64,000 bases of DNA, from assembly GCA_000091205.1 (NCBI GenBank), contig AP006500.2. The stretch is one strand, 5' to 3'. Below the pieces are notes generated by a model. That model had not been told where the DNA came from, searched no databases, and saw only the letters and a list, made by a program, of their open reading frames with translations. Positions 10,801 through 22,300 of the stretch are shown here, piece after piece. Source of the DNA: Cyanidioschyzon merolae (taxonomy: Eukaryota). The position numbers and the translations under genes are program-made. How positions within the stretch are numbered: position 1 is the first letter of the stretch; each line of letters begins with the position of its first letter.

Positions 10801-11928
10801 ATGAGCCATTCTCTCGAACGTTATCCGAAGCAAACTGCACGGTTCATGTTTCTTTCGGCGGTGAACTGTCAGCGTTTAGAGAAAACAGCGAATGATTACC
10901 TGGGTAGCTCGCGAACACTGCATCGTCGCGCCGTTGACAGGCGAGCGGGAGCGAACGCTCCCACTAGGTGGCACACATGTCCGCACCGCTTTCACCTTGC
11001 TGCGGTGACAGAGCGGAGACGGGCGCGCCATCTGAATGAGGCCATTGCCGGGGACGAGCTGGTAACGTGTTTGAGTAAAGACCGGAACGTCGTTGTCAAA
11101 GCTATTCGAGCTTCCGGACTTGTGCGTACGGCGTCCGAACTGCATGAAGCGACGCCGGTCGCTGCTGCCGCTCTAGGGCGTTCCTTGCTCGCTGCGCTCT
11201 TGCTCGCGAGCGGCAAGAAGGATCTTGAAACTGTTCAGATGGAGTTCCGCGGAGACGGTCCTCTTCGGGCTGTTGTTGCCATAGCCGATGGAAGAGGTCA
11301 CGTCCGCGGTTACGTCGGAGACCCCCAGGTTCAGCTGCCCCCGACTGCTGCTGGGAAGCTCGATGTGGGCAGAGCGGTCGGCCGAGGCTTTCTCGCAGTT
11401 GTTCGTAACCACTCGACCTGGTCGGAACCGTACCGAGGTATAACCGAAATTCAAACTGGTGAAATAGGAGACGACGTGTTGCACTATCTGGTGCGTTCAG
11501 AGCAGATTCCATCCGCGCTGGCGCTCGGTGTATTCGTACAAGGAGGACACGTGCAGGCAGCTGGCGGGTACCTGGTACAGTTGCTACCAGAGAGCACACC
11601 AGAAACGCTTGATCGAGTCGAAGAAAACGTCCTTCAACTGAACAAGCGTGGCACCCCGACACAGTTGATCCGCGACGGCATGGATGCCGTGGACATCGTA
11701 CAACAGCTGATGGTGGACATCGACGAGACGTCGTTGCGTCGCGTCCAACCGCAGTACAGTTGTAGCTGTGACGCCAGCCGAGTCCGCCGGATGGTTGCCT
11801 TGTTACCGCGTGACGAGATAGAGTCGATTTTGCGTGAACAGAACCGGCTAGAGGCGAAGTGCGAATTTTGTGGATCATACTATGAGTTGAGCTCCGACGA
11901 AACGCGAGCGCTGCTGCGTGACGCGTGA
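10801..11928 (+). CDS. hslO: Hsp33 (HslO) redox-regulated chaperone with ~80-aa N-terminal extension (probable organelle transit peptide)
   Basis: Hsp33 core (DELVTCLSKDRNVVVKAIRASGLV..., GGYLVQLLPE). C-terminal zinc centre CSCDA...(x29)...CEFCG is the CxC...CxxC Hsp33 redox switch. Confidence 0.85.
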   Translation: MSHSLERYPKQTARFMFLSAVNCQRLEKTANDYLGSSRTLHRRAVDRRAGANAPTRWHTCPHRFHLAAVTERRRARHLNEAIAGDELVTCLSKDRNVVVKAIRASGLVRTASELHEATPVAAAALGRSLLAALLLASGKKDLETVQMEFRGDGPLRAVVAIADGRGHVRGYVGDPQVQLPPTAAGKLDVGRAVGRGFLAVVRNHSTWSEPYRGITEIQTGEIGDDVLHYLVRSEQIPSALALGVFVQGGHVQAAGGYLVQLLPESTPETLDRVEENVLQLNKRGTPTQLIRDGMDAVDIVQQLMVDIDETSLRRVQPQYSCSCDASRVRRMVALLPRDEIESILREQNRLEAKCEFCGSYYELSSDETRALLRDA

Positions 11929-13329
11929 TGCGCGGTATCCCGACAAGCAGTCACCGGCGCCTTTGACGTAAATTTGTCAATATCATCGACGATGCATCAT
12001 CTGGTAGACACGAGAAAAATGGACAAGGCCATGAAACGCATAGAGCTTGATCTGATTTAGGCGGTATTTGGGGGCAACTCGAAGGCCTTGTCTGCTGGAG
12101 TACGAGTATGCGGGTTGCGAAGTACGCGTGTTCAGCATGCGGGATTAGGTGGATCTGTCAGCTCCGCGCTGCGATGGAACGCCAGAACTTGTTGTATTGT
12201 TTATGCCGCCGAACGACAAAGACCGTTTTTTATTTCCTGTCGTTCCGAGATTCCAATGGATTGCAGGGTTCCGGAAACCTCGAAACCGCGCGATATAGCT
12301 TCTTTGGGCTGCTTTCATGAGGAAACACGAATGCGTAGAGGGCTCGAACGATCCCGCCAAGCAGACATCAAAGCAGACTGGCAGACTAGCTAGCTGCCAG
12401 AAACTTGCACACAAACCAAGCGCAGAGCCTCTTTGTACGTACAATTCGCGGACGTTTCGCTGGGCGAGAACCTCTCGCCGAGCACGAGTATTTCACAGGC
12501 GACACAGCATCTGTCACGTAGGCGACTCGAACGACGCTGAAAAAGCGATCTTCCAGATCATTTCTACTGGTCTAGTCCGTACGAATGTCGACTTGGTTAC
12601 TATCAGAGGTTATCTCACAATCCGCCAGGTCGAAGCATACACAAATGCGGGATGCTTCGAGCCTGCGGAAAAGCTTCTCTGGAGGGTGCCTCGCGAGTGC
12701 GCGCGCGCATTCCCCTGAACAAAAGCAAATCGAACTAGGAAACACACAGGCCTAGAGTCTGCGTTGACGAGGCACCGTATTCACGATGAGCTTGTTTCTT
12801 GGCTGTTATCAGCATACGTATGAGGAATAGACAACGAGAGCGCAACGCAGGTGGTGCGATCGACCTTAGGGAATGACATACGACTGCAGATTCACTGCTA
12901 GAGTTGCTCAGTGTCGCCTCTCTGTCGGGTTTCACAAAAAACATATCTTGTAAGGGCTGTATATCGACGGGAATCAGACTCCGAGCACAAGAACGATTTA
13001 GGATGGGCTTACTCGCGATACAGACTCCAGAGGCAAATACGCAACCAGCTGTTCGGCTTTCCTGTAGCCAGATGACCCAAAAATCATGGTTTATCCGCTT
13101 TTCCGTGCAGCTCAATTGAGAGCCCAAGTTTGCGACCCGTACTCGCCTTCTGGGTCTTCGCTAGACCTCAGCCGGCGATGCCGAGCCTGGGCGAAACAGA
13201 ATCGTTCTCTCCCGAGGCACGACGCTAAGCATCTTGAACCTGTTCGTGACTCAAAACATCCGCCTCGACTTGCTTCCGAGCGAGATTCCGTTGCCGGCTA
13301 ACTTGCAACGCGACCAGCATACCATGCGG

Positions 13330-14457
13330 TCATTCGACGGAAATCTGCTTTTGCCTTTGTTCCAGTTGCTGCAGCTGCTCTGCGAGACCGATTCCAGCGC
13401 CTGCTTGGTCTCGTACCCGCAAAATACCGAGCTCCGTCACGATACCTCCGGTGATCAACTCGGGTGGTGTGATATCGAACGCTGGATTGTATACTGGGGT
13501 ATCGACCGGTGCGAGCCACTGGTCGCTGGATTTTCCGGACGGATTCAGCACCTCGGTGGCACTGCGCTCTTCGATGATCATTGCCGCACCCGTCGGCGTC
13601 TTCAGGTCGATTGTACTGCATGGTGCACACACGTAAAAGGGAATGCCATAATGCTGGGCAGCGATGGCGATCATCAGGGTGCCTATTTTGTTTGCGACAG
13701 CACCGTCGGCGGCAATGCGGTCGGCGCCCACAGTCACAAACTGGATGCGGCCCTGGGCCATCAAGAAAGGCGCAGCCGCGTCCACGGAGAGCTCATAGGG
13801 GATGCCCCATTGGCGAAGCTCCCAGCAGGTCAGCCGTGCACCCTGAAGACGAGGCCTAGTCTCATTGACGTGCACGTGTACCTTCCCGTGAAGCGCAGCG
13901 AGTTTTCGAATGACACCAAGCGCGGTACCACCGCCGGCCGTTGCTAAGCTGCCGGTATTGCAGTGGTGCAACACTCGAAGCGTCTCGTCTTTGCATCCTT
14001 CGTGATGCCTTTGCTTCCAGCGCTTTAAAATTTCCTCCGCACCATATGCTGCGATCTTGTTATTCATTAGACGCTCGGAGGCTACTAGTTCGTTGGCTTT
14101 CCACAGCAGTCGTCGCCAGTTCGTCGTCTGTAGCTGTCGCAAGGCGTCGAGCGACCACTGCAGGTTCACCGCCGTGGGTCGGCTAGCGTAGAGCGTGTGG
14201 TAAACCTGGTCTTCCGGTTCGCCGCTTTTAATGCCAAGAACATACCCGTACGCAGCAACAGCACCGATGGCGGGTGCACCCCTCACCACCATATCCCGAA
14301 TGGCTTCTGCAACTTCACGGTAGTCGACCAGACGCACGTATGATACCTGGTGAGGGATTTCGCGTTGATCCAGTACCAGGAGGTAACCGTCCTCATCCTG
14401 TCCGTGTTCATGGACTGGAACCCAGCGAAACGTGTCGTAAGGTTCCGTGTTTGCCAT
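13330..14457 (-). CDS. mtnA: Methylthioribose-1-phosphate isomerase (MtnA; eIF2B-alpha/beta/delta superfamily), methionine salvage
   Basis: Full-length 375-aa ORF. Motifs: RGAPAIGAVAAYG, HCNTGSLATAGGGTALGVIR, VGADRIAADGAVANKIGT. Confidence 0.85.
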   Translation of the reverse strand: MANTEPYDTFRWVPVHEHGQDEDGYLLVLDQREIPHQVSYVRLVDYREVAEAIRDMVVRGAPAIGAVAAYGYVLGIKSGEPEDQVYHTLYASRPTAVNLQWSLDALRQLQTTNWRRLLWKANELVASERLMNNKIAAYGAEEILKRWKQRHHEGCKDETLRVLHHCNTGSLATAGGGTALGVIRKLAALHGKVHVHVNETRPRLQGARLTCWELRQWGIPYELSVDAAAPFLMAQGRIQFVTVGADRIAADGAVANKIGTLMIAIAAQHYGIPFYVCAPCSTIDLKTPTGAAMIIEERSATEVLNPSGKSSDQWLAPVDTPVYNPAFDITPPELITGGIVTELGILRVRDQAGAGIGLAEQLQQLEQRQKQISVE

Positions 14458-14699
14458 TCGGGCTTGGAGAACGGCTCACGCTGCTCCAAAGACGTGAAGC
14501 AACGAGCCGCAGCGGCAGTCGCAAGTCGCTGGGGGTATGGGCGCCCCGCTGCCGCCGTTGCCGCAACCCGTGCCAGACGACGCAGACTGCAGGCGGTATC
14601 AGAAGCGTTATCATTTATCAGTCTACACCAGAAGCACTTGAAGAGGATTCTTGGACGACAGAGGCTGCAGTCTAGACGCTCCGCGCTACGTTTGGACTC

Positions 14700-16256
14700 A
14701 TGTTTGCGTCTCCGCAAACAGTCCCAGCGATCGTACTTGACGTGGGAAGCCGCACGACCAAGGCGGGGTTTGCCGGAGCGGACCTGCCGCAGAGCCTGTT
14801 TCCGTCCATCGTGGGGTCCTACATCAGTGAAGGGGGGTCACTGGAGGGCACACCCGCAAAACCGCTAGCCAATACGGTCTTTGCTGGCTACGAGAACCTG
14901 CTGGGAACTGCAGAGCGTGTTAGGTTCCTGGAACTGCGCACTGCGTTCGACGACGACGGTATCATTCAAGACTGGGCAGCTTATGAGGGACTCTTGGACT
15001 ATACTTTTCACCAGTTAAGAGCTTCACCAGAGGAATACGCCCTTCTTCTTGTTGAAGCATCCCATAACCCGAAACGCCCGCGAGAAGAACTCTGTCAAGT
15101 ACTGTTTGAAAAGTACGGTGTACCTGCCGTGTACTTTGGGCGAAGTGCCGCCCTCGCCTGTGTCGCTGCTGGACGACACACCGGCGTTGTTCTCGACTGT
15201 GGTGCGAGTGGTGTAACCGCAACGCCAGTTGTTGAGGGAAATGTCATGAAACAGGCTATCTTGCGGAGCCGAGTCGCGGGTGGCAATGCCCTCACGCGGG
15301 CTGCTGCTGAGCTTCTCGGCGGTTTCGATGCAGTTCGGCCTGCGTACGCTTTCCGCCGGCGGGCTCTCGGCCGTGGCACCAACAAACGTGACGCAGCTGA
15401 TCCAGAGGCAGCCACCGAGGAACTTGCGGCTGCAGCGAGCACTGACGGGAGCAGCAGCTCCGAAGAAGCCGACGATCGCGTTGACTTGATCGGTGGAAGG
15501 ACCCCGGATACGGAAAGCGCTGCGTCTGTTGCCGAGGGACGCATGGAATTCCGAATAGAGCCGCTTGACGTGCATGGCGTTACTCGTAGCTACGATGAAT
15601 ATGCCCGCATCGAAGTTGTCGAAGACTTTAAGCACCACGTATGCTGTGTGAATCGTGAGCCGAGTTCAGTCGAAGACGTTGCCGAGGACGGTACCGCTTC
15701 GAATGCCGTTTCTTGGGAAACGAGGAAAGCAGACGACGAGGGTTTGGCGGGCCAGCCTGCCGATCCTGACATACCGCCCATCAGGTATGAACTTCCCGAC
15801 GGAACGTTGGTATCCATTGGAGCTGAGCGTTACCGCCCTGCCGAGATACTTTTCAAAACGCTGCCCCATGCGCGAACCATCAAAGAGGATCGTCCATTCC
15901 TTGCCTACATCCGCGAGCGGGAGCGGGGACCTTCCTCCAGCAAAGGGCTCGCTGGGATGGTCGCGGACACCATTCAGCGGTGTGAGGGCGCCCAGCACCG
16001 CGAAATGTATGCTGGGGTTATTTTGACCGGGGGATCCTCGGTGTTACCCGGCCTCTCGGATAGGTTACAGACGGAACTCTACTTTTATCATAGTCGATCC
16101 AAGATGCACGCAGCCGCGAACCCCATGGAACGCAAGTATATGGCGTGGACCGGTGGATCGATTCTTGCGACGTTTATGGATTTCCAACAGAATTGGTTTT
16201 CCCGTGCGGAATACCTCGAGAGCGGCGTCTCGCTCGTGCAGAAGCGATGTCCCTGA
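14700..16256 (+). CDS. Actin-related protein (Arp4-like) with a long acidic/Ala-rich insertion
   Basis: Actin-fold N-terminus AIVLDVGSRTTKAGFAGADLPQSLFPSIVG. C-terminus MAWTGGSILATFMDFQQNWFSRAEYLESG...KRC resembles the actin/Arp4 tail FQQMWISKQEYEE-G...RKC. About 150-aa insertion in the middle (residues ~215-370). Confidence 0.7.
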   Translation: MFASPQTVPAIVLDVGSRTTKAGFAGADLPQSLFPSIVGSYISEGGSLEGTPAKPLANTVFAGYENLLGTAERVRFLELRTAFDDDGIIQDWAAYEGLLDYTFHQLRASPEEYALLLVEASHNPKRPREELCQVLFEKYGVPAVYFGRSAALACVAAGRHTGVVLDCGASGVTATPVVEGNVMKQAILRSRVAGGNALTRAAAELLGGFDAVRPAYAFRRRALGRGTNKRDAADPEAATEELAAAASTDGSSSSEEADDRVDLIGGRTPDTESAASVAEGRMEFRIEPLDVHGVTRSYDEYARIEVVEDFKHHVCCVNREPSSVEDVAEDGTASNAVSWETRKADDEGLAGQPADPDIPPIRYELPDGTLVSIGAERYRPAEILFKTLPHARTIKEDRPFLAYIRERERGPSSSKGLAGMVADTIQRCEGAQHREMYAGVILTGGSSVLPGLSDRLQTELYFYHSRSKMHAAANPMERKYMAWTGGSILATFMDFQQNWFSRAEYLESGVSLVQKRCP

Positions 16257-18443
16257 GCGCAGATGCTATCAGCGTGTGACGCTCTGCACAGGATGGCAAT
16301 GCACCGGCAACCAACTAGCTCGATGTCGATCGAAACCCATACTAGGATGAAGTGGAGCAGGCCCTGGAACATGGGCGCATATACTACAGTTTGGTGCTTT
16401 TTTCCATGGTATTCACCACCAGCCTTTGTGGAATGCAGCTGCGACTGCTCCCTGTTCCTCTATCTGTCCTCTAGCTTGCCATGCGTCGATCTCTTCCTCC
16501 CCTTCAGCTCTGCATTCAGCAGACAAAGTATGTTGATGGCAGTGTTCACGTCTTGATCACGCCGCTTGCGGTTGTTGTTGACGCATTCCACGTGGAGGAG
16601 GAAGCTGCGATCTGCGCTTCGCTGACCTTTCTCGCCTTCGTTGTATGGAGCCTCGGTGCGCTTTCTGCAGCAGTGGCACTGGACTGTGGTCGGATGTTTC
16701 CGTATGTCGACGAGACCTCCTCTCCCGCAGGTCGCTCGGTGGCGCGTGAGCGCTTGGATCAACACTCGCTGCATGCCCTTGACAAGTACAGACGGCTTTT
16801 GTTGGTGTCAACCTCCGATTCCGCCCTTACTGCTGTATCGTATGATCAGGGGCTTGTTGTGCCGTACCCCAGTACCGATTGCTCTGTCCGCTGCATACGC
16901 AAACGCACGTTGTTCCATTCGATAGATGATTTCTGGAACACGATGTTGTCCATGATGAAAAAAGTACACGAAGCGAAACCCAGGCTGAAGAAAAAGTCGA
17001 GAAATTTCGATCCATCTACGCTCTCTTCTTGAAAAGCGATGTCGCACTGCCCACTGCAAGCGATCCCCGTGATGACAAAAGTCCAACACGGGGACCATTT
17101 TCCGTGCGACCAGAACAGATGAGATGCTCTATAAGCGTATCCTGTGAAGGCTAACATGCTTCAGCCGCGTCCTGTCTTGTCGATGGCTACAAATAGCGTA
17201 GGGTTTGTCGTTCGAGTGGAATCGATTGCTTGTCGTCATAGGTTCAGGGAACGAGCGACATGAGCCTGTCTCGATGTCGTCGAGTGCCAAGTCGCGTGCT
17301 AATCTTCGTATAATCCGGCGGTGCGAGTTGCGCTACCCACGAGTTCCCTTGAAAGAGAAGCATCGGAACCTTGAAGAATGTGTGATTCGAGCATCGACAC
17401 ATAAAGAAATGAGACGAACCGTGATTTCGACGTCTGAATTCGATCATGATATTGTTTATTCTACGAATCCTTATTCTAGGGCGTTTCCAATCATCTTGAT
17501 TCCAATGAAGTAACGAATTCCAGCGGCACCGCGTCGGAAGCGCCACCCGGAGCAGAAATGCAAGAATCCTGAATCTACGTATGAATTCTGAGAAACTTCT
17601 TGGCGCAAGTTTCATCTCGAAGATGTACATGCGAAACAATCTTCGGGAGAGAATCGACAGGAAAGAATAGAGCTTGCACTTCATCATTCTATTTCACGCT
17701 GACATCCATCCACTCAGTAAGATAATCGGGCTGTTCATCAGCATGATTTTGATTCAAGTGCACATGTTGTTGACGTTGTTCGTGATCGCGATACGTTCAT
17801 TTGAAGCGCATCGTGTGCTCGTTCAGATAGGGACACACTCATGGGGCTAGAAGCGCGAACGTAGCGAGTAATTCGGAATCACATGACGTCGTAGGAGTAG
17901 GAGGCAAACGCTGCCTGCAGGTCGATATGGCGTAGGAAAAAGTCGTCTGCGGAGCATCTTTATTTGGCTGTGCAAGGGACGCGTGCCTATTGGCCACACG
18001 TTCGATTCGTCCTCTAGGCAGTTCAAGGCGCCGTTATCGAGAGCGCAAGACAGCGTTCACGGACGCTTGTGCAGCAGTGGATACCGCGTCGTCTCTGGGC
18101 GACGAACGCACCAGACGAATATCTCGATACTACTATTATCCCTGTTACTGTTAAAGTTGTGGTCACTCTCCATTCAAAATCATTGCAATATCTGCAGCGC
18201 ATGGAGTGTCCGACGGTACCCATGCAAGGAAAGCGTCACTTGGGGCGATCGACTGACGATTCAGGGCTGTGGGATGAAATGAGATGCTCGCGGTATCTTG
18301 GGGTCGCTTGGAGGCGCTCAATGCTCGCCCATGTGCAAGATAAAGCACGTACGTGACACCGCCTTGCTTTGAGCGCAGGGGGCTGCCCCCGCTAGCGGCC
18401 CAAGAGCAGCACTGCTTGAAGTAATCAACCATGAGGATGAGCG

Positions 18444-20036
18444 TCACGCTCGCTCGTCCTCCTCCTCCTCCTCCTCCATATGCCGCTTGAGCCGTTCCAG
18501 CGATCGAGCAGCGTTCACGACCTGTCGTAAATCCCGTTGGATCTCAGCACCATCGAGAGCAACTCGGATCCGCGGTTGCTCATCTGCTGTGGAATCTGGT
18601 ACCTCTGGTAACAGCGCGCTGCCCGCAACAAGCTTCAGCAGTGAGCTCTTTCGCAGCCATCCAGCCGGTGTACGGACAGGAGGCATGGCCAAAGCGCGTA
18701 CGCTCTCTGACAGCATCATTCCTGGTGTTGTAATGGGCACCCATATGTCCGCATCAGCAGCGGAGATGATGGCGGGCGCTTCCGCTGGCGCAGCGCCTTG
18801 GCCGTTCCCTGCTGCTGCTGCTGCTGCAGTTGCTGTGTTGGTCTTGGTGCTCGCGGCGGGAGCGCTGGGGTCACCATGTACGCTTTCAAGGTCGCTCGTG
18901 CCGAGGTAGCCGATGTTAGGGCCACTATTTCGGCCACGTCTCGTTCGCATGGCTGGTCCTTGTCCTCCACGAAGCAATCGTGACAGTTGCAACGAGGGCA
19001 CCTGGAATTTCGTTTCGTTCCCTGCCTGACCTTCAGCGTTCCCGGAAATAGCGGTGGTGGTGGTGATCGTCGTAGCGTCGGCTGCGGCGGCTGCTGAACC
19101 GTTGTTCAGGATGCGGGCGTCGGTGAGGCCACTTTTGGACGCGGCGGCTCGGTTCGAGCTCGCCAGCGCCACAAGTCGAGACTCAATCTCTGCTTGCTTT
19201 GCTGCATTCATTGTCAGAGCGATTCTTACCAGATGCTGGCGGGCGGCTGCATAGTCTTGCTCAAGAAGCGTCATCTCGTGATCGAGGGCAACGCGCAGTT
19301 GCTGATATCTTAAATTGACCTCGCGACGAGCGTCTGATAGTTGCATCAGCTTACGCCAAGCCAGGAGACGCGTGAAAAACTCGTAGTCTTCCGTGTTTTC
19401 CGGAGCCCGCAAATGCAGGGACATGCCCGCCATACCACTGCTACCCATATCATCCGCTGCATTTTCAGCCACTATACAACAGCGCTTGGAATTCATCGAG
19501 GCAGGTCGAGCTCGCAAAGCCCGCGCCCAACGTCGGCGCTCTGCCTGGGCCGCTGCCGGAGCGACACGGCGGTCAATCAGGGCAATGAGCGCGTCCTCTT
19601 GCAGTTTCCGATACTCGCAAAACTCCAGCGTGCCAAACGGTGGCGTCTGGTTTATCAATCGGTGCTGGAGCTCGCGTAGTCGTTTCTTATCTAGCAGGCC
19701 ATGGGCGTCCTGGCCCCAGAAACCCTCGCGATCACGACGCTGCATGAGACGCGAGTGCTTCTGGAGCGACAGCGCTTGACGCTGAGCGCCAGTGCGACGC
19801 CGCCGTTCTCGTTCCTTCTCGAGTTCCGCTTCCCGAAGTTGCCGAGCTCGCTCCTCTCGCTGTTGTTTGACTCTTACAGCATGACGACGCTGACGGACTG
19901 CCTGCGCTAGTCCCGTTTCCCCCGCAGCAACGCTTGAGCCGTTAGCATCGCTGGAAACTGCCGAAGCCATGCGTGTGTCTGGGAGAGCGTTTACAGTGCT
20001 TTGGCGACTTGTTTGTTGAACACGCACCACCACCAA
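18444..20036 (-). CDS. Hypothetical coiled-coil / low-complexity protein (530 aa), poly-E C-terminus
   Basis: Long ORF with an Arg/Glu-rich heptad-like N-terminal region, Ala/Thr-rich low-complexity centre and EEEEEEED tail encoded by (CCT)n at about 18456-18477. No recognisable domain. Confidence 0.4.
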   Translation of the reverse strand: MVVVRVQQTSRQSTVNALPDTRMASAVSSDANGSSVAAGETGLAQAVRQRRHAVRVKQQREERARQLREAELEKERERRRRTGAQRQALSLQKHSRLMQRRDREGFWGQDAHGLLDKKRLRELQHRLINQTPPFGTLEFCEYRKLQEDALIALIDRRVAPAAAQAERRRWARALRARPASMNSKRCCIVAENAADDMGSSGMAGMSLHLRAPENTEDYEFFTRLLAWRKLMQLSDARREVNLRYQQLRVALDHEMTLLEQDYAAARQHLVRIALTMNAAKQAEIESRLVALASSNRAAASKSGLTDARILNNGSAAAAADATTITTTTAISGNAEGQAGNETKFQVPSLQLSRLLRGGQGPAMRTRRGRNSGPNIGYLGTSDLESVHGDPSAPAASTKTNTATAAAAAAGNGQGAAPAEAPAIISAADADIWVPITTPGMMLSESVRALAMPPVRTPAGWLRKSSLLKLVAGSALLPEVPDSTADEQPRIRVALDGAEIQRDLRQVVNAARSLERLKRHMEEEEEEDERA

Positions 20037-21137
20037 ACGCCAGATTGGTCTCCAATCTACTCGTAATGAAGCTTTTAGGCGTCAAAAGTTGCGCACCTGG
20101 CAGGAAGCAGTTTCGAGAACAGCCTATAGGCGCTCATCTGCAACAGCATAGGTTGCAGCACCGGCGGGATGCCCATCGCCATCGCCATCGCGGTACCGAT
20201 CTCCTAAAATTGCTGTCGATGTCTACGACGCTGTCGATTCCGCCATGGACGTCGATCGACTGCGTTGCCCGAATCCGTGCATTTTCGAGTGTCTCTACAT
20301 TATCTATCAGTGTATAGGATGGGTTTCCGCTGCTCGTCGGGACGCACGCTCCTGAAACCAGGTTTCACAGAACGCTGAAAAAAAAGCGAACAACCAGGGA
20401 TCCCTGATCGATATAAAAGTTCGATCAACGATAAAAACCTGCAGCCAGACCTCCAGAATACGTATGTGCAAGCACTTGAATTACCCGTTTTCCATTTGCG
20501 TATGCACAGATCCCGTGCGGATGCTCAAGCCATCAAATCTGTGCACAAGTGCCTGCGCCCTTCCGTGAAACCGGCAGTGACCCTGACCTCTTCCCCAACT
20601 GAACCGGTCCATGCATTCCTGCGCGCTCCAAACAGACGCCGATGCGTGTGGTGACCCCTGATCGGACGACTCGTACACGCACGCCGTCCTGATGCATCAT
20701 TACAGGGGCATAGGGACTGAGGCCGTTTCCGCTGGGAGGCGTGCAAATGCGCCACGCTATATGAATTAACGGCGTCCGCGCTATCCCCTTCTGCAGCATA
20801 CCGCAGGCAGTACTACGATGACTCCGTGCCAAACAGTAGGGAGCGGGTCACGAACAGTGCCGTGTGGCCTTTGCGAGTTCTGGCGTCCGGGGGCCACGGT
20901 CCCTGCCGAGCGCGCTCGTAACGATCCCCTTCTCAAGCGGTTGCGAGCTCGAAATCGCTTGCCTGGACGCTGCATGAAGTTTCCGCTTCGTTCCAGTGGA
21001 CTCGCACCAACAGTTTACTGTGTCCGCATAGCAGTACAGAAATAAGTTCAGCGATCGATGCACACTGGTGGTATCTGGTAGAAAATGCTTGCCACTAGGC
21101 GCATAACCCGTGCCATCCAGCGCTCGACTGCGATGGG

Positions 21138-22019
21138 ATGATACGGGCGAGGCGCCGCCGCGCATCCAGCGCACCGGAGCGTCACAGCGACGCCGCTGCA
21201 GCGCTCCTAGCTGAGCATCTATCTACTGAAGCAGTACATATATTCATAAATCGACTTGAAAACATGCGTGGTCTAAGTGGATTCGTGGGTTCTTTTCAAG
21301 GGGTGAGGGCTTCTAACCAGCAACAGCGCTGCCTTAAGTTCGAGTGGTCCTCGAACAGGTCTGTACTTGGTTTTTCGCAGCGTGGTATAGCACGGCGCGT
21401 CGCTGATGCTGGTCTCGGACGCCGACAGCAGCAACAGCAGCAACAGCAGCAGCAGCAGCAGCAGAGGCAGCCTCAGCGCCTGCTTAGACTATTCAGTGCT
21501 GCCGCTCCTGCGGATACAAGCATTACGCATAGGGTCTTTTTTGACTTCTCCATTGGCGGTGAGCCTGCTGGACGCGTCGTATTTGGACTGTACGGAAAAC
21601 AGGTGCCCAAAACTGTCGAGAACTTCCGCGCGCTTGCAACTGGCGAAAAGGGTTTTGGATACCAGGGAAGCCTTGCGCACCGAGTCATCCCTGGCTTTGT
21701 GATCCAGTTCGGCGACTTTACCCGAGGAGATGGAACCGGCGGTAAGAGCATCTACGGCGAACGTTTCGAAGACGAGAACTTTGCAATCCCCCACGAGACC
21801 GGAGCACTCTCCATGGCAAACGCTGGCCCAAATACGAATGGCTCACAGGTTTTCATTGTACTCGACGGACGAACAACGCAGCATCTAAACGGCCGGCACG
21901 TTGTGTTTGGCAAAGTTGTCGAGGGCATGGACGTGGTGCGCAAGATCGAGGAAAACCCTACCGGCAGGGGTGATCGTCCTCAACGCGCTGTCAAGATCGA
22001 GGCCTGCGGGACGCTGTAG
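21138..22019 (+). CDS. Cyclophilin-type peptidyl-prolyl cis-trans isomerase with N-terminal extension containing poly-Q
   Basis: C-terminal 165 aa is a canonical cyclophilin domain ([76 protein letters not shown]). The N-terminal ~120 aa is basic and carries Q18, so the true start is uncertain (possibly Met at about 21264). Confidence 0.85.
   Translation: MIRARRRRASSAPERHSDAAAALLAEHLSTEAVHIFINRLENMRGLSGFVGSFQGVRASNQQQRCLKFEWSSNRSVLGFSQRGIARRVADAGLGRRQQQQQQQQQQQQQRQPQRLLRLFSAAAPADTSITHRVFFDFSIGGEPAGRVVFGLYGKQVPKTVENFRALATGEKGFGYQGSLAHRVIPGFVIQFGDFTRGDGTGGKSIYGERFEDENFAIPHETGALSMANAGPNTNGSQVFIVLDGRTTQHLNGRHVVFGKVVEGMDVVRKIEENPTGRGDRPQRAVKIEACGTL
21424..21462 (+). repeat. (CAG/CAA)n microsatellite encoding poly-Q inside the cyclophilin N-terminal extension
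   Basis: Visible run cagcagcaacagcagcaacagcagcagcag... Confidence 0.9.
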
Positions 22020-22274
22020 ACTGGTAAGCAACTCCATCACAACCAAATGATCGTCCAGTGCTTGGGAAGCGGCGCCCGAATCCGGCGCTCAGGAACGGCG
22101 TACTAACTCGAGTCTAGTGAACGGAACGAAGCTGGATAGAGCCTAGCGGGTCTCGCTTTTCCACGCACCAGCTGGACCAATGCGTTTGCTGAGGCCTGGA
22201 AATCAGAAGCATAGGCGGGGTCTAGGGAATGTAAGCGTTGCGCGCTTCGTGAAGGTGTTCGGCCTGGCATGTGA

Positions 22275-22300
22275 TTATCATCATCATCATCATCATCATC
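22275..22300. repeat. (ATC)n microsatellite in convergent intergenic spacer
   Basis: atcatcatcatcatcatcatcatc run. Confidence 0.9.

Noticed and set aside
17200-18300. AT-richer stretch as a centromere
   Set aside because: It is only moderately AT-enriched by eye and short. There is no satellite structure. Kept only as a low-interest candidate in findings.
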